NCBI GenBank assembly: GCA_044892505.1
Contig: CM097882.1
Span: 461,528,001 to 461,592,000 of the forward strand
From: Schmidtea nova
Lineage: Eukaryota
Direction of reading: 5' to 3'
DNA length: 64,000 bases
Positions within the stretch are counted from its first letter, which is position 1, and each line of letters begins with the position of its first letter. A model generated the notes under the pieces. It was not told the DNA's origin and did not search any database. It worked only from the letters and a program-made list of their open reading frames with translations. The translations under genes and the position numbers were made by a program. Below are positions 48,834-62,590 of the stretch, one piece after another.

Positions 48834-49309
48834 TTGTAAATATTAATTTCAAATTAACATACAATTAAGCCACGCTTTGCGCTTTTTCGAAATTGTGTGA
48901 CACCTAAATTAACACAAATTTCCACTCTGTGTAAGATTTTTTAAAGTTGTGTTGTTTGGTTGACATTTTTCAAAAAACTTTTCCTTTAAAATAAAAAATT
49001 TTTGAATGAATATTGATGAATTATTAGCATCGCATAATCAGGAAATGACTAAGGATGATTTAGTGTAACTCGACACTTTTCGCAAAATATCACAGACCAA
49101 CAAAAGTAATAATCGAAACAGCTTTCTGAAGCCTTAAATTTAATTGAAGGCGCGAGTTTTTTTTATAAAATGGTCCTGATTCCGAAAGTTTTAAAGTATC
49201 TAAGGCGATAGATAGTGACTTTTTGAGATTGTACCTAGAAATGAAAAAAAACGCCGTTCAACCAACCATTGATAAATATTTCGATTAAAAAAACCCAAAA
49301 ATTTAAATA

Positions 49310-50176
49310 CAGCAAAACCTCGATTATCCGAACAAATTTTTTATTTATGTACTTTTTACAATATAATTATACATGGAGTTCTTTTACTAAACAATATTTT
49401 ATCGTTTTATGCATTTGTTTTGTTTAATCAAGAACGTATTTGGAATCAATTAAAGCATTTGAGCTTGTAATTGCATGGGCAGAATAATAAGATGGGATTG
49501 AATATTATAAATCAGTGTTGTCCAAACTGTGTGCCGTGGCGGGTGCCCAGGTTTGCCGTGAAATTTTTTTTTAAAAAGTCAAAGTCTTATCTCTGTGAAC
49601 TGGGATTTTCATCTCTTACCATAATTAAATCAAAGAAGCGATAACGTATGGTTAACATTGATCAAGAATTAAGAGTTTGTTTGTCAAAAATTCCACCACG
49701 ATTGGAACTTATTTGTTCGGAACATCAAGCACATAAATCTCATTAACTATGTTTTATGAACTTTTCATTCACTAATTTTTCTAAATTTAAAATTTTTTGC
49801 ATTAAATTTATTTCAAGTAAATAAGTTTTTCATTTCTTATTAAAAGATTAGTAAAAGTGCAATAAAAAATTGCAAATAAAGCAAAAAAAAAATTTAGGTG
49901 TGCCGCGAAAATTTTTAATTCAGCCAAGTGTGCCGTGGCTCAAAAAGGTTTGGACAACACTGATTATAAATTGATGAATTTAATAAAAATTTGCGATTTA
50001 GCTGACTTAAAATGAAAACAATTGATTTTTTATAACCAATAAAATAAGTTGAATTTTGATTTATAATTTCACTGTCTATAGTTTAAGTAAATCTTTATTA
50101 TCCGAAATTTTTGTTATCTAAACGCATCTTGATGTATTTTTGTTTCCAAATCATTCGGATAATCAAGATTTTATTG
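49310..50176. mobile_element. Tigger/pogo-like MITE hosting a nested hAT MITE
   Basis: TA|CAGCAAAACCTCGATTATCCGAA ... TTCGGATAATCAAGATTTTATTG. Confidence 0.7.
49513..49962 (+). mobile_element. hAT Buster deletion derivative, 450 bp
   Basis: 15-bp TIR CAGTGTTGTCCAAAC; internal CELGFSSLTIIKSKKR...LRVCLSKIPPRLELICSEHQAHKSH; flanked by ATTATAAAT on both sides. Confidence 0.9.
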
Positions 50177-50210
50177 AATGTATATACATATAGTGCTATT
50201 TTGTATTAAA

Positions 50211-53200
50211 CCCTCAAATACATGATTTTTCCAAAATGACACATCTGCATCCAACGATTTTTTTTATTAAAATGTCAATTTCATGTGTACAGAGACATCT
50301 ACTCGAATAATTTAAAAACACGATTGCTCGGCGTATTACTACACTTATGCAACACTATGCATTGGATTTCATTTATTGCATTTATACTAGGGATTGCAAA
50401 TGTCGAGGAAAATAAAAAAATCGGAATTCGAAATTCGCAAGTTAAATATTTCGGAATTCGATCGAATTCCGAAATATTGTTAATTTTTAAAGTTTATACA
50501 AATAATAAAAATAACTTATTTGAGATAATTTATTGTTATTTATTGCATAATATTACTTTTTTTTAAATAAAAATGGAACATAAAATTATATCGTTCAAAA
50601 TAAAATATAAACATAAATGTATTGTACACAAATTCAATTATTACATAACAATATAATAATAGTTAAAAATATATTATTTAAAATGTTATATAAACATAAA
50701 ATTATTGTACAAAAATTCAATTAGTACAGAAACATTCTAATATGGCATATCATTTAATAATAAAAAATATAAAATTATTCTTGTGTTTGCCTAAAATATG
50801 CTTTAAGGAAGCAGAGATCACTTAAAGATGTGTCTCCGAGTCTCAATCGAACTTTTGTACAAAAGTTACCTGCAATTGAGAAGGCTCGCTCGGACTCCAC
50901 GCTCGATGGCGGAATCAAAATCAAAAATGAGTAGACAGACTCTAATATTTTGCCACGAACACCGTTTTCTTCAAAGAATTTCATTTCAGATTTAACTTTT
51001 GCATTAACGACTGGGGATTGGTTTGTTCTTCCGACATCACTTCTTCCACATCTTCAGCTTCTAACTGCTCGCCTGAGGAAGTTTCCATGTTAGTGTTAAA
51101 TATCAATCTTTGTGCAAAGCTTTCAATAACTTTGGCTAATGTATTTTTCAATGGTCTAGTGAAAGATTCGTGAATCTCACTTTTTCCGCCATTGTGTAAA
51201 TACTGAAGAGTTCCAGACACATTTGTTCGCCTTTGGGTTATTCGGTTTTCTAATTCGTTCTTCAATTTTAGTGAAAGTTCATCAGATCCAAAATTCTCAA
51301 GCATAAAAGACAATGCCGCATCAGCAGAAAGCAGATTTGCATCTTCTCGATAAAGGGCGTCAACAGTAAGCTTCACTGGGAGAAGTGCAGAGATCATGTT
51401 GTTAATCGAGAAAATTTCAGCATCTAGAATAACGATATCAGACGCAATGCCAATCAATGCCTTTCTAACACAGCTTTTTAGTTGGTTAAATCTTTCAAGC
51501 ATTTCGACTAAGCTATTCCATCTAGTTCTAGTGTCCATAATAAGTTTCAACTTTTTCCAAATTCTTGTTTCACGTATACTTGAAGAATATCATTCGATGT
51601 TCTCGAAAAACGAAATTTCTTTACAATCGAACGAACATTTTTGATGAGAAAACCAAAACCAAATCCTTCAGTCTCAACATGCTCAGCTTCAATATAAATT
51701 TGTTCAATCAAGCCAGCACTTTCATCATCAATGTATTCCTCATCCTCTGATTTCTCGAAGTCACTTCCTTGTTCTTCTACACTAACATTTTCTGTATCTG
51801 TGTGAGCCACCAATTCATCAGTTGTATTCGAATTATTATACAGAACATTAACTACAGCTAAATGTATCGCGTGTGCAAAGCACAACTGCTGATTACATGG
51901 TAAAAGCCGCCCAACTTTTTGCATCACAGCTGCCCCATCAGTTGTTATGGACGTAATATCTTTATCGATATTTAGATTGTTGTCTTGCAATGTAGTTTTC
52001 AGGGCCGTAATGCATTTCTCTGCAGGGAAACGTCCTTCAACACGAACTAAACCTAAATTCCAAACCTGTTTCTTGCCATGGACATTCACATTTAAATAAC
52101 ATCGGTTTCTTGATGATGTCCATTCATCTATAGTTAAGCAAAATCGTGTTCCATCTTCTTTGAAATTAATTAAATCCTGCATCATTTTAGCACGCATTTT
52201 TTGTGCGTATTCTAAAACCATTTTGCGAATTGAGTTAGGTGATTTTGGTAGTACATAATCTCGAGCGCCTCTAGCCAAAAATAAATTTCTCAAATCGATA
52301 GACATACAAAAAATTTTGAATGGCATATTATCCAAGGCACACATTCGTGATACAATTGCAGAAAGTTGTTCATCTTTTTTGTTGACTAAATAATTTGTAA
52401 TCATCATTTTTGATGAGCTGCTTTCTGGAACTTTATCTTGCACGAAATCACGTTTTAATACATTAATATTGTGTATTGTTCTTAAATGCGTTTGCTGCGG
52501 TGTTGTCATTGAACCAGACATTTTTACTATTTCATTACATATTTTACATTTTGCTATTAGTATTTTTGATCCTCTCAAAAAATGAATCCAAACAGAACTT
52601 TGATTTTTATATTGCTTTGTGTATTCCGAATAAATTTCTTTTGATGACATTTTGGGATATTCTAATAAAAATAATTTAATTATTAAATTAAAACTGCTAA
52701 TGTTATTAAATTAAAACTGCTATTGTTTACTTACCTATTTAAAAAATATTGATGATTGTACAGAAATCAATGTCCAAATATTTCAATATACACTATACTC
52801 GATTAAACAAATCTCAACACTATTGCAAATCGTAAATATAAGACACGAACACGAAGTTATACGAAATATAAAATGTTGTGTGAAATTTTATGCTACATTA
52901 CATTTATTATTATTACATATGGATATGAAATGAAGAAATGAAACCGTTTAAATGTTTAGCTGCAATTTAGAAATGTTTTCTCTATGCCTACTTGTATTAT
53001 GTAGAATAACTGTAATTTTGCATTGTCTTCTTTATGTCTTCTTATAGAATGTAGAATATTAATATGTACAGAACGAAAACACAATTTACAAGTTGAAGAT
53101 AGCACGAAAAAATAAATTTTAAATTCGGAATTCGCTGGGAAATTTTCGAAATTCGAAACTATATTTATGAAAACGAATTCCGGAATTCTCGAATTTCGAA

Positions 53201-53278
53201 TATGCAATCCCTAATTTATACTGAGTCATAAGAGCTTAAATAAATTGTTTCAGATATGCAACAGAATGCATTTAAGGG
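50211..53278. mobile_element. piggyBac-like MITE split by the hAT insertion
   Basis: TTAAA|CCCTCAAATACATG ... GAATGCATTTAAGGG|TTAA. Confidence 0.55.
50388..53213 (-). mobile_element. Full-length hAT (hobo/Hermes/ZBED-type) transposon with two frameshifts
   Basis: TIR TAGGGATTGCA; perfect 8-bp TSD ATTTATAC; GAATTCG subterminal repeats; ORFs 51547-52650, 50981-51550, 50775-50984 with BED finger, LTIDEWTS, TTDGAAVM, CFAHAIHL, TRWNSL, PPSSVESERAFS. Confidence 0.95.
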
Positions 53279-54466
53279 TTAAATTAATTTTATGGTTATT
53301 TATCTATAAAATATAAATTTGGTGGAGTCATAAGAAAAACTGAATTATATATAATTTCCTTTACCGCATGCATTTTTTCCTTAGGAGTCAAAATAGAATT
53401 TTTCTTATATTTTAAAAATACTTTAATTGATGATATTTATTTTTGTTTTAAATCTTCACGTGTGACAACTCTAAACCCCTAATAAGAAGATACAAGCAGT
53501 GAATTTATTAAAGACGTGGTAACTTTAACTATGCTTGGGAAACTATTTAAATAATCATAGCGCTAATAAAATGGTATTTCATAGCGTTTATAAAAATTCA
53601 ATGAACGTATATATTAAAATAAAAATTTAGGCTTCGCAATTATATTATATACTAAACCTTATGATAAATTATTCAAAAAAAATATTCAAATTTTACTTTT
53701 TTTAAACGTTAAATAATTTAAATATTAAATAATAATATTCAATTTATCAAAATGATAAATTTATCACTAATAATAAAATAACGCATATTTAGTGATAAAT
53801 TTTAGTGCAAATTCAATAAATGCTGTTGATAATACAAAGTCAGTTAATTAAAACTACCTCCATGAGAGCATTATTTTCATGAGGATTTATTTATTGAAAA
53901 ATAACAATAAATCCACCATAAAAACCTCGATATCTACAAAATGGGAAAATATAAAACGTGTAGAACTAAGATAAAAATATATAGAATTTTATCTGGGATT
54001 TTTATAGATTAGGCTTAATAAAATGACCACCCAAGAATTTGAAAGTAAATTTTAAAATGCGAGATTGAAAATGAAAAAATTTCGTGTTGAAAATATAATT
54101 AAGTGATTTCAACTTTTGAAATTTTTCTTTAGACAATAATGAAAGTTTATTTTTCGCCTATTTAACACCAATTTTCGTCACTGAATTTTTTAAGTGTAAT
54201 TTGACTATTTATTTTTATTTTTCAGGGTATAATGAAAAAGGCAGTGATAAAAAATTATGTTGAATAGGAGAAAAATACTGATTTAGTTATATTGTATGAA
54301 AAAACAAGAAATTAAATAAAAATTTCAAAGGTGAACATGATTAAAGATATTAATGATAAAAAAGTAATTATTAAAACTACTAAATTTCATATATTATGTC
54401 ACAGTTAAATGAAATTAGCAAGGATGAGGTTTTTCAGGAAAAAATAAAAATTATTTAGTAAATTAA

Positions 54467-55710
54467 CCCTTTCAGGACGAGCGTACTATATATAGTAACT
54501 CAAATATCTTGAGAACGGATTAACAATTTTTTTATTTAGGAATCCTTTGAAAGATGATTAAAAGATGCACATTTTGATATATAGCATGACCTACTTTGAA
54601 AAAATTAAAAAAATTTGATATTTTTTCCTATTGTAAAATCACATCCTGATCATGTATAGATGAAAGTTTGGTATTATATAAAGGAAGATTGTCTATCAAA
54701 CAGTACATACCATCAAAAAGAAATCGATTTGGTATAAAGATGTTTATTCTTTGTGACTGTCAAACCAAATATGTACTTGATTTTATTGTTTACACTGGTT
54801 CAGATACAATTATATCTTCACCATCTTATATTGGAATATCTGGAAAAATAGTGAAAACGTTATTGAATAAGTATTTAGGATGCGGACGTATTCTTTATGT
54901 AGATAATTGGTACACCAGCTCTTTACTTTTCAAGTTTCTCGTTAAAAATAATACTGGTGCCTGCGGAACTGTTCGAAAAAATCGTAAACATTATCCAAAT
55001 ATCTCTCAAAAGATACCAAGAGGTGATTTTATTTACAACCATAATTGACATTTACTTGCGTTGAAATGGCATGACAAACGAGATGTTTACATGTTGAGTT
55101 CTATTCACTCACCTGAAACAGTAAATACCGGTAAAATTGATCATAAAACAAACAAGGAAATAGTAAAACCTAAATGCATAGTTGATTATAATGATTATAT
55201 GGGAGCTGTTGATCAATTGGATATGCAAATGAGTTTCTTTGATGATTTACGCAAAACTATAAAATGGTATAAGAAGTTGGTACTTCATTTGATTGATATT
55301 GCTATTTTTAATGCATACACAATATACAAAATGAGAAATTCAGTAAATTTATCATTTACTAAATATAAACTTGATGTTATTGAAGACATTTTCACCAAAT
55401 ACGGTTCAATGCGTAAAACAAGTGTTGGTAGACCAAGAATATCTAATCCTCTTCGTTTATCTTCAAGACACTTTCCTTCTTACATTGAAAAGAACAATCA
55501 AAACACTACCGGCCAAAGAAAATGCATAGTTTGTACAACAGGATCAAAAAAACTTGCAAATAAGCGATTAAGATTTGAATGTAATGATTGTGATGTTGGG
55601 TTGTGTGTTGTTGATTGTTTTGAAATTTATCATACAAAAATAAACTTTTGAATAAAAAACACTTTTATTTTTTTAAAAACTTTCTTTTAAAAAATCCCGT
55701 CCTTACAGGG
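54467..55710 (+). mobile_element. piggyBac deletion derivative (C-terminal half of transposase, one in-frame stop)
   Basis: TTAA|CCCTTTCAGGACG ... CGTCCTTACAGGG; IDESLVLYKGR, YVDNWYTS, KWHDKRDV, YNDYMGAVDQLD and Cys-rich CIVC...CNDCDVGLCVVDCFEIYH; ORFs 54668-55048 and 55061-55651 share a frame. Confidence 0.92.
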
Positions 55711-55988
55711 TGATTTTATGCCAATAAGGGGGTAGCCATCAAAATAAGTTAAGTTTAAAATATTTGCTGTATAGTGTTTGAAAAAGACAGCGTAATTATA
55801 ATTGAAGCGTATACGCTGCATGCTTTCAAAAATTTTGAGGATATCATATTTAAGGCTAAATTAAAAATAATTTAAATGAAACTTGTATGAAAAAGGGCTT
55901 ATGCTAATATAATTTGAAAATGGATAAAATTTCAATAGTGACATTTGTCTACGTGAAAAAAAACATTTTGTAATTTTGCGTTAATTAA

Positions 55989-56218
55989 CCCTTTCACTGC
56001 TCAAGCCGTATATACTAAAAATATAAAAGTGTGGCTCACACGCTCCGAACAAGTTACCTCACGCAGTGTTTTTTTAATTGTCCCCCACAATAAGAAAATT
56101 ACTTTTAGTATAGAAAAATTGGATTCAACTAACCACTCTACACAAATAAACTCGCAATCACCGAAATATGTGCGCAGAGCGAGCACAAAATATCAAAGCG
56201 TATTGTACAGTGAAAGGG
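55989..56218. mobile_element. piggyBac MITE, 230 bp
   Basis: TTAA|CCCTTTCACTG ... CAGTGAAAGGG|TTAA. Confidence 0.9.
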
Positions 56219-57568
56219 TTAAAGCCAAAGTAATGTCACAAGCGAGAAAATCATTTTCTTCGACACGAAATGAATCATAATCATTTATCTGCGAAGGAAA
56301 TTATTTTGTCTCCTAACAAATGTTTGTGGTGAAGTAAAGAGTGTGAGAAGGATTCAGGATATTGCGAAAGAATTTAAAAATAGTAAACATTAAAGTGCAA
56401 AATGAAGAGAAGAATCCGGGAAATCGTCGGCGGAAACTGACGAGAATACGGAAAAAGTATAGCAACTTTTTGTGAACGATGTTACTTTGTCCTTAAAAGG
56501 AATACCCAACATTGCTGGGCTGACTGGACTAACTCGCTCTTAACCCATAGTGTGCAACAAATTGTCAATTTTCTTCTCAGTGACTCGAACTAATTTTGCG
56601 TTTCCTGATAACTAACCAACGAAAGCGATCCATTCAGAACACCTATTGCCACTCCAAAGTAAATAAACCAAACTCGAGTTTCACCACCCTAGAATTAGTT
56701 AGACTAAAATTTGAATGTTTCATAACCTTTTTCGGTCTCATTGAAAACTAAATGACGAATCCATTTTTGTGAGATACCAGAGTAAATATGTCAAAATTTC
56801 ACAAAACAACAAAAGTTAAAATAATTACGAACCATTTTTTTCGGAAAAAAAAATTTTAATGACATAGTTGGGCTTATTATGGTGAACAAATATGTTCCAC
56901 ACGTTACTCGATATTAGACAATAAAAAGGAAAAAAATTTTCCAAGCCTTCATATGAATGTCACATAATGTTCAAATTTTTCTGCACACGACACTTTGTTA
57001 AGAATACTTTTAGAAATTAAACCTATTTTGCGAAATACTTCGCTAATTTGACTTCTGTAAAGAAACTGAGAAATTTTGGGACAGAGGCGATTTTATACAT
57101 TAACGGCATTTATTTAGAATATAGAAGAGAAACTGGCGATTCACGCGTCAAATTTCGCTTCCGGTGCATTTTTTAGAATAAAGAAAATAATTAATTTTTA
57201 TTTGGTAAATTTAAAAAATACATAATTTTTTGATTTTAATATAAATTTTTAAAAACTTTAGCTCATATTTAATAAAGAAAATATTATATATTGATAAATG
57301 AGTTGATGAAGAACATTTACAGGCATCTAAAAATGAAAAAAACTATTTTTTAATAATTTAAATTTGTAATAATTTTGACGATTTTGACGATTTTTCATCA
57401 AATAAGAGACCGCTAATTTTACTAAAAGTTTGACGATAATTATTTTGTACCAAAACATGTTTTACACTTTATTAACATAAAATTGAAATTCATTAACTTT
57501 TTTTTAATTAGGATTATGGTTATTACAACCAATAATGTTCTTTTCTGTTTTGTAATTATTCCCATTAA

Positions 57569-59912
57569 CCCTTTCAATACTGAAGGGACATATTGTCCCA
57601 CAGAATTTCTAATAATTACTAAAGTAATTTAAATGCTTACAAATGCATTGGGATCTGTAATTTTAGTACTGTACGGTCATAGGCTCGTAAACAAGTCCAA
57701 ACCTGTCTGCTTTGTTGCTGTCTGCTTTTTTCTTTTCTATAAAATTTTGTCAGTCTAGATGTTGCTAGCAAACAGTAGACACGTAAAAATCGTATTGAAA
57801 CATTTTAAGTCAAATGAATATTTCCAACAATAAATTATTTAATTTAGAACAGTGGTCGGAGAACTGGGTTAAATAAAATGAAAAAAAGGTTAAAAAATCA
57901 AAATGTTGTGAGTAATGAAGACAAAATAAATAAATCTTCATACTGTTTTATATCAGTATTTTTTCATTTTTTTTTGTTGATGCACTTCCTTTGGGCGGTG
58001 ACATGTCGAAAGCGACGTAAGAACGGTAAATAGCCATGACGAACTCGAATGGGTTATATCGACATAAAGGAAATATAGTTTAGGGTTATAGCTGAAAAAA
58101 AGTTCCCCGGCCCCTGATTTAAAAGTTCTAACGCCTTTTTAAAACAGACTTAAAAATTCAATAAAATTTTATGATCCTACAAAATATGAATACTAAAAGA
58201 AGTTATATAAAATGGTGATTTCTTGGTTGCAGTATTAATTAATAATAATAAATAATAAAATAAGCCTTTGCTGCAAAATTTTATTAGATGAAAATTTTGC
58301 AGCAAAGGTTTATTTTGTTATTTATTAATTATTTAATACAATCTAATATAATTTATTAATTTCTAATTATAAAGGAAAAAACTATTGATACGAATTATAT
58401 AAATTAGAATTAAAATTTTAAAAAATCATTCTATTAAAAAATAATTTTGAACTGAAATTGATTTCAATATGCCGGGTTCGTTTTACATGTACAAGATTGT
58501 GTGTAATAAAGATATTTATTTAATTAATTAATTAAATAATAACTAAATAACGATTAAATAGATGATTAAATAAGTGTATGATGTCGATTGATGAGTTACG
58601 TTGAATAAAAATATTCGTAGAAACCTTTTTTTGAATATTGCGAACAAATTGTGTTTTTAATTTTTTGTAAATATTTATAAATATTATTGTAAAATACTGA
58701 GTAATGCGTATCGGTGCGAGAAATGTATGAAATATTACCGTGCACACAACATTCAATGCGATATTTACTGGCAATAGCTCAACTACACCGTATAAACTGA
58801 AAAGAACCTTCTATAATACTTTATTTTTAACTGTATATTGTAAGAAATTTACATAAATTTATCATTTAAATGACTTTTTTTTAGTAATTTACCAACATTA
58901 TGATGGATTTATTTTCACATAAAGTAAGAAACTTAAGTAAGATTTATTTATTTTATAACATAATTGATTTGTGCTTTTGGTACTTCTAATAGTCTTCCAA
59001 ATTGTAGGTAAGCTTTCCCATTTTCCCATGGCATTCAGGATTTTAGCTTTGTCAGCCTCTGAAATTCTATTACAATATTAAATTTTTTAAATTTTAGCCA
59101 ATAAAACATGTTTTTTAGTTTTTCTTTGTAAATCAAGCACTGCAGAACTTGATTGTCCTTCATTAAATGATACTCTATGTAAATTTTGATTTATTTATAT
59201 AAAAAAACATTTTTTACAAATTTGACTTATCATTTCCCCGAAAAGTTAAGGTTGATCCAACAAAAATATAAGAATTTCTTTAAAAAATTTAAATTAATTA
59301 TAAAATGAAAAATAGTTATTACAATATGCCCTATTGATTTTCTCATAATTTGAAAAATAATAATTTTTTTTGTGTAAAATGTATTATGGTGTATTATTGA
59401 TTGATTAAATTTGCACCCGTTAAATGTTTGCATGCAGTTTTTACTATATAATGCCTTTTTATGGTTTACAAATTTTTTCTACCCTTTTTGTCTACCACAT
59501 AATTAAAAGGTACTATTCATTCTTAGCACACTGATAACACACAGGTGAGTGTTAAAAACTTCATTTCATTTTATATTATAGAAGACGTTATTCATCGTTG
59601 TAAGGTGTAGCTACCAAATTTATTTATCAACTTGAAACGTTTAAATAAATAAAATATTAAGTTATAGTTTAATTAAAATTTATTTTACTAAAAATAAAAA
59701 TCACATATTATAACGCTGGGGTATACTTTATTCATTTTTATACTTTTTGATATATATTAATTATATTTTTATAATAAAAAATAAATATTAGAAACATAGG
59801 AGTTGTAGAAAAAAATCATTAATTTGTAGCGTCATAAAAGAATATTATGAAAAGCTGGAAAACAAATAAATATAGCTCGGGACACTAAATGACCCCAGCG
59901 GTCAAGTAAGGG
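57569..59912 (+). mobile_element. Degenerate piggyBac-like element
   Basis: TTAA|CCCTT...GGGACATATTGTCCC left end and GGGACACTAAATGACCCCAGCGGTCAAGTAAGGG|TTAA right end; YRCEKCMKYY Cys-rich remnant near 58710. Pairing of the ends is inferred. Confidence 0.5.
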
Positions 59913-60966
59913 TTAAAAAGCAAATTATTAGTTTCAATACTTATGGTGACCTAATACAACATTCACGTTGTCAGTAGCACTGATCTTATTTATACAAGAA
60001 AATTTTATTATTATGTATTTATTATTAAATTATTAAATGTTGAAGGAGTATAACAGAAAAAAACAAAATCTAGGAATCAAAATACTAAAAAAGAAAGACG
60101 TGACAAAATATTTTTGAAAATTTCTTTAATGATATTTTAACCTTTTCCCTAAAGAAGAGGAATATTTACCAACTTACTTTGACTTAATAATTCTTTGAGA
60201 TTTTAAGAAGACGACGAAATAAAGCGAAAATAAATTGATCCACAATAACATGGGGGCTGATCGTGAAAAAAGCTTACATTGATAACAAAATATTTATATT
60301 CACTTTGTCAATTAATTGGAGCAATTTATTCTGAAACATTTCCAACTATGCTAATTACATTTTAATTAAAAATCATTTAATTCTATTTTCCAATAAAAAA
60401 ATTCCAATTAAAAATTTTTTTGTGACTAATTTAACCATTAATTAAATTTTACACCTTTTTAGGACCATAAATAAAATAGTTTGTTTAACAGTAAATAATT
60501 AGCATAAATCTCGGCTGCAATTGACATAAAGTTTATAAAACAATTACACTCACAGAGTTTCCATGAAAAAATGCAAATAAAAATCCCTACGCAATAAATA
60601 ACATGATTAAAAAATTAAATTAAAATTGATTTTTCTACTATAGATGCTAATATAGATTATTCTGTTAGCAGACAGGGTGGATCTCTCTATATATCTCGTC
60701 ACGGTTGACTATTGTTTTTATCACTGAGGTTTACAGGAACATTTTGTGAAGAATTAAATAAATTATAATTGTTTTAATAAATTTTTTCTGAAAAATAGTA
60801 AATCTATTTGAACAATTTTTTTTAAAAATTCAAAAATTATTATTTAAAAAATATTAATATTTTATTATAATTCTAATTAAAATATAATGGTTTATTATAC
60901 TTATATTTGATGTTGAAATAAAAAATAATAATTTTGGAATAATATTTTTAAGATATGTGTAATAGA

Positions 60967-61300
60967 CAGTGGAGTACCTAGGGTAAATGGCGCCTATGGC
61001 AAACACCGAACTAGCGCCCCTCCCCGACAATAGGTTACTTACGTTTTATTTTCTAAATCTACTTTAGAATTGGGTAAAAAAGCACACAAGTTAAATCTAT
61101 TAACACTTTATTACAAATTTATCTTTCTTGCTTTAGCTGGCACAAATTGTTTAATTATATTATCAAAGTCAATTTCTTCGTTCATTTCTCGTTCTATGCT
61201 AAGTAAAACAAGATCACATAATCGACTTCGGCCCATCGAGGCTGTCAAATATGAAAAGCACCAACATAGTAGGAAGATAAAATTTCATTTCGTAAGGTTT
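60967..61300 (-). mobile_element. hAT Tip100-type 3' end remnant
   Basis: Terminus CAGTGGAGTACCTAGGG...GGCGCC; MGRSRLCDLVLLSIEREMNEEIDFDNIIKQFVPAKARK. Confidence 0.75.
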
Positions 61301-62079
61301 TCATGATAGCTAATCAATAAAAATTGTAAAATTTACATACAAAGGACTGCAAGCAAATTGAAGGAGAAATATTATAACCGAAATAAAATACGAAAGAACA
61401 TAAAGTAGAAAGAACTATAAAGTAGAGAATAATTTAATTAGTATTGAAACGAGCCAAAACCATTTTAATACATTTTTATTTTCATCAAACAATTCGGTTA
61501 TTCTTTTTATTTCATCAGTAACCAATTCGTCTGTCATAATATTAAAGATATCACTGTTTAACTTGAAATCATCAAAAGAAGCTTTGGATTGTTGACGTAC
61601 GTCAGATGTTTGAATTCTCGATATTAAAATTGACTTTGAATCACAATTAACTTTCTTAAATTGAAAAGTAGGATTGATATCACTTGGAAATATAACATTA
61701 TTTCCACAATCTATAGAAATACACTCTTTCGTTTCCAAAGCATCGTCTTCAGTTTGAATATCAACCATCAAATTAAAATCTTATTGTATGAGAACGTTGC
61801 CGACATGATTAAAATGTAATGAGATCAACTCTATAGTCATATGAAACTAATTCGAGTCAGTCATAACGAATACAAGAACAATTCCTTGAATCACAGAGAA
61901 CAATTTCCTTCTTTTAAATCCACAGAAATCCAATTAAATCTTAAAAGAGAATCGACAACATAACTCAGCTTCCCAAATATCCAAAGAAATCGAAACGATT
62001 CAACCAAATTTTAAATCCCCACAGAGTTCTAGAAATAATTTCAATCTAAAGAATTATTCAGCAAAATTCGAAAAGATAT

Positions 62080-62380
62080 CACAAAATCCAAATTTCCAAA
62101 TTGGATCAATTAAACAAACTAGATTTTAGAATAATCAATTTATTCGCGAATTATTTTCCAACTAAAATCCTGCGCATACAGACGCTGACAAGATCATATC
62201 ACAATCGCAGCGCACACATACGCTGATAAGATTACAAAAACACTGGCGACACACACAGATAGGCTTGAAACACTCAATTCCTAAAAGCGCACACAGATAG
62301 GCTTGAAACATTTCCAATGCGCAAACAAACGCGACCTAATCATATTAAAATCTACCACGCGCACACTAATCAGCCGAAAC
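62080..62380 (-). repeat. Second, more diverged copy of the GCGTCTGTGTGCG terminal array
   Basis: GCGCATACAGACGC, GCGCACACATACGC, GCGCACACAGATAG etc.; adjacent AAAATCCAAATTTCCAAATTGGATCAATTAAACAAA matches the reverse complement of 42050-42090. Confidence 0.7.
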
Positions 62381-62590
62381 AAGTATTATAAGAAAATCAT
62401 CATAAAAATATCAGTAAGATAAAGAAAATAGAATTAAAGAATTGAAATAAATTAAATGTTATAGTTTTAGCCAGTCATTTAATGAGCGATAACACCTAAT
62501 ATGGCGACATAATAGACATACACGCCGTGTTACCGCGATTATATGAAAAAATTTTCTAAAAAAGTAAAATTAATTAAAATTAATTAAATA

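Noticed and set aside
41777-62380. One giant 20-kb element bounded by the two inverted motif arrays
   Set aside because: The hAT interrupted at 41776 resumes at about 42812, so the left array belongs to a 1-kb insert; the arrays are also quite diverged.
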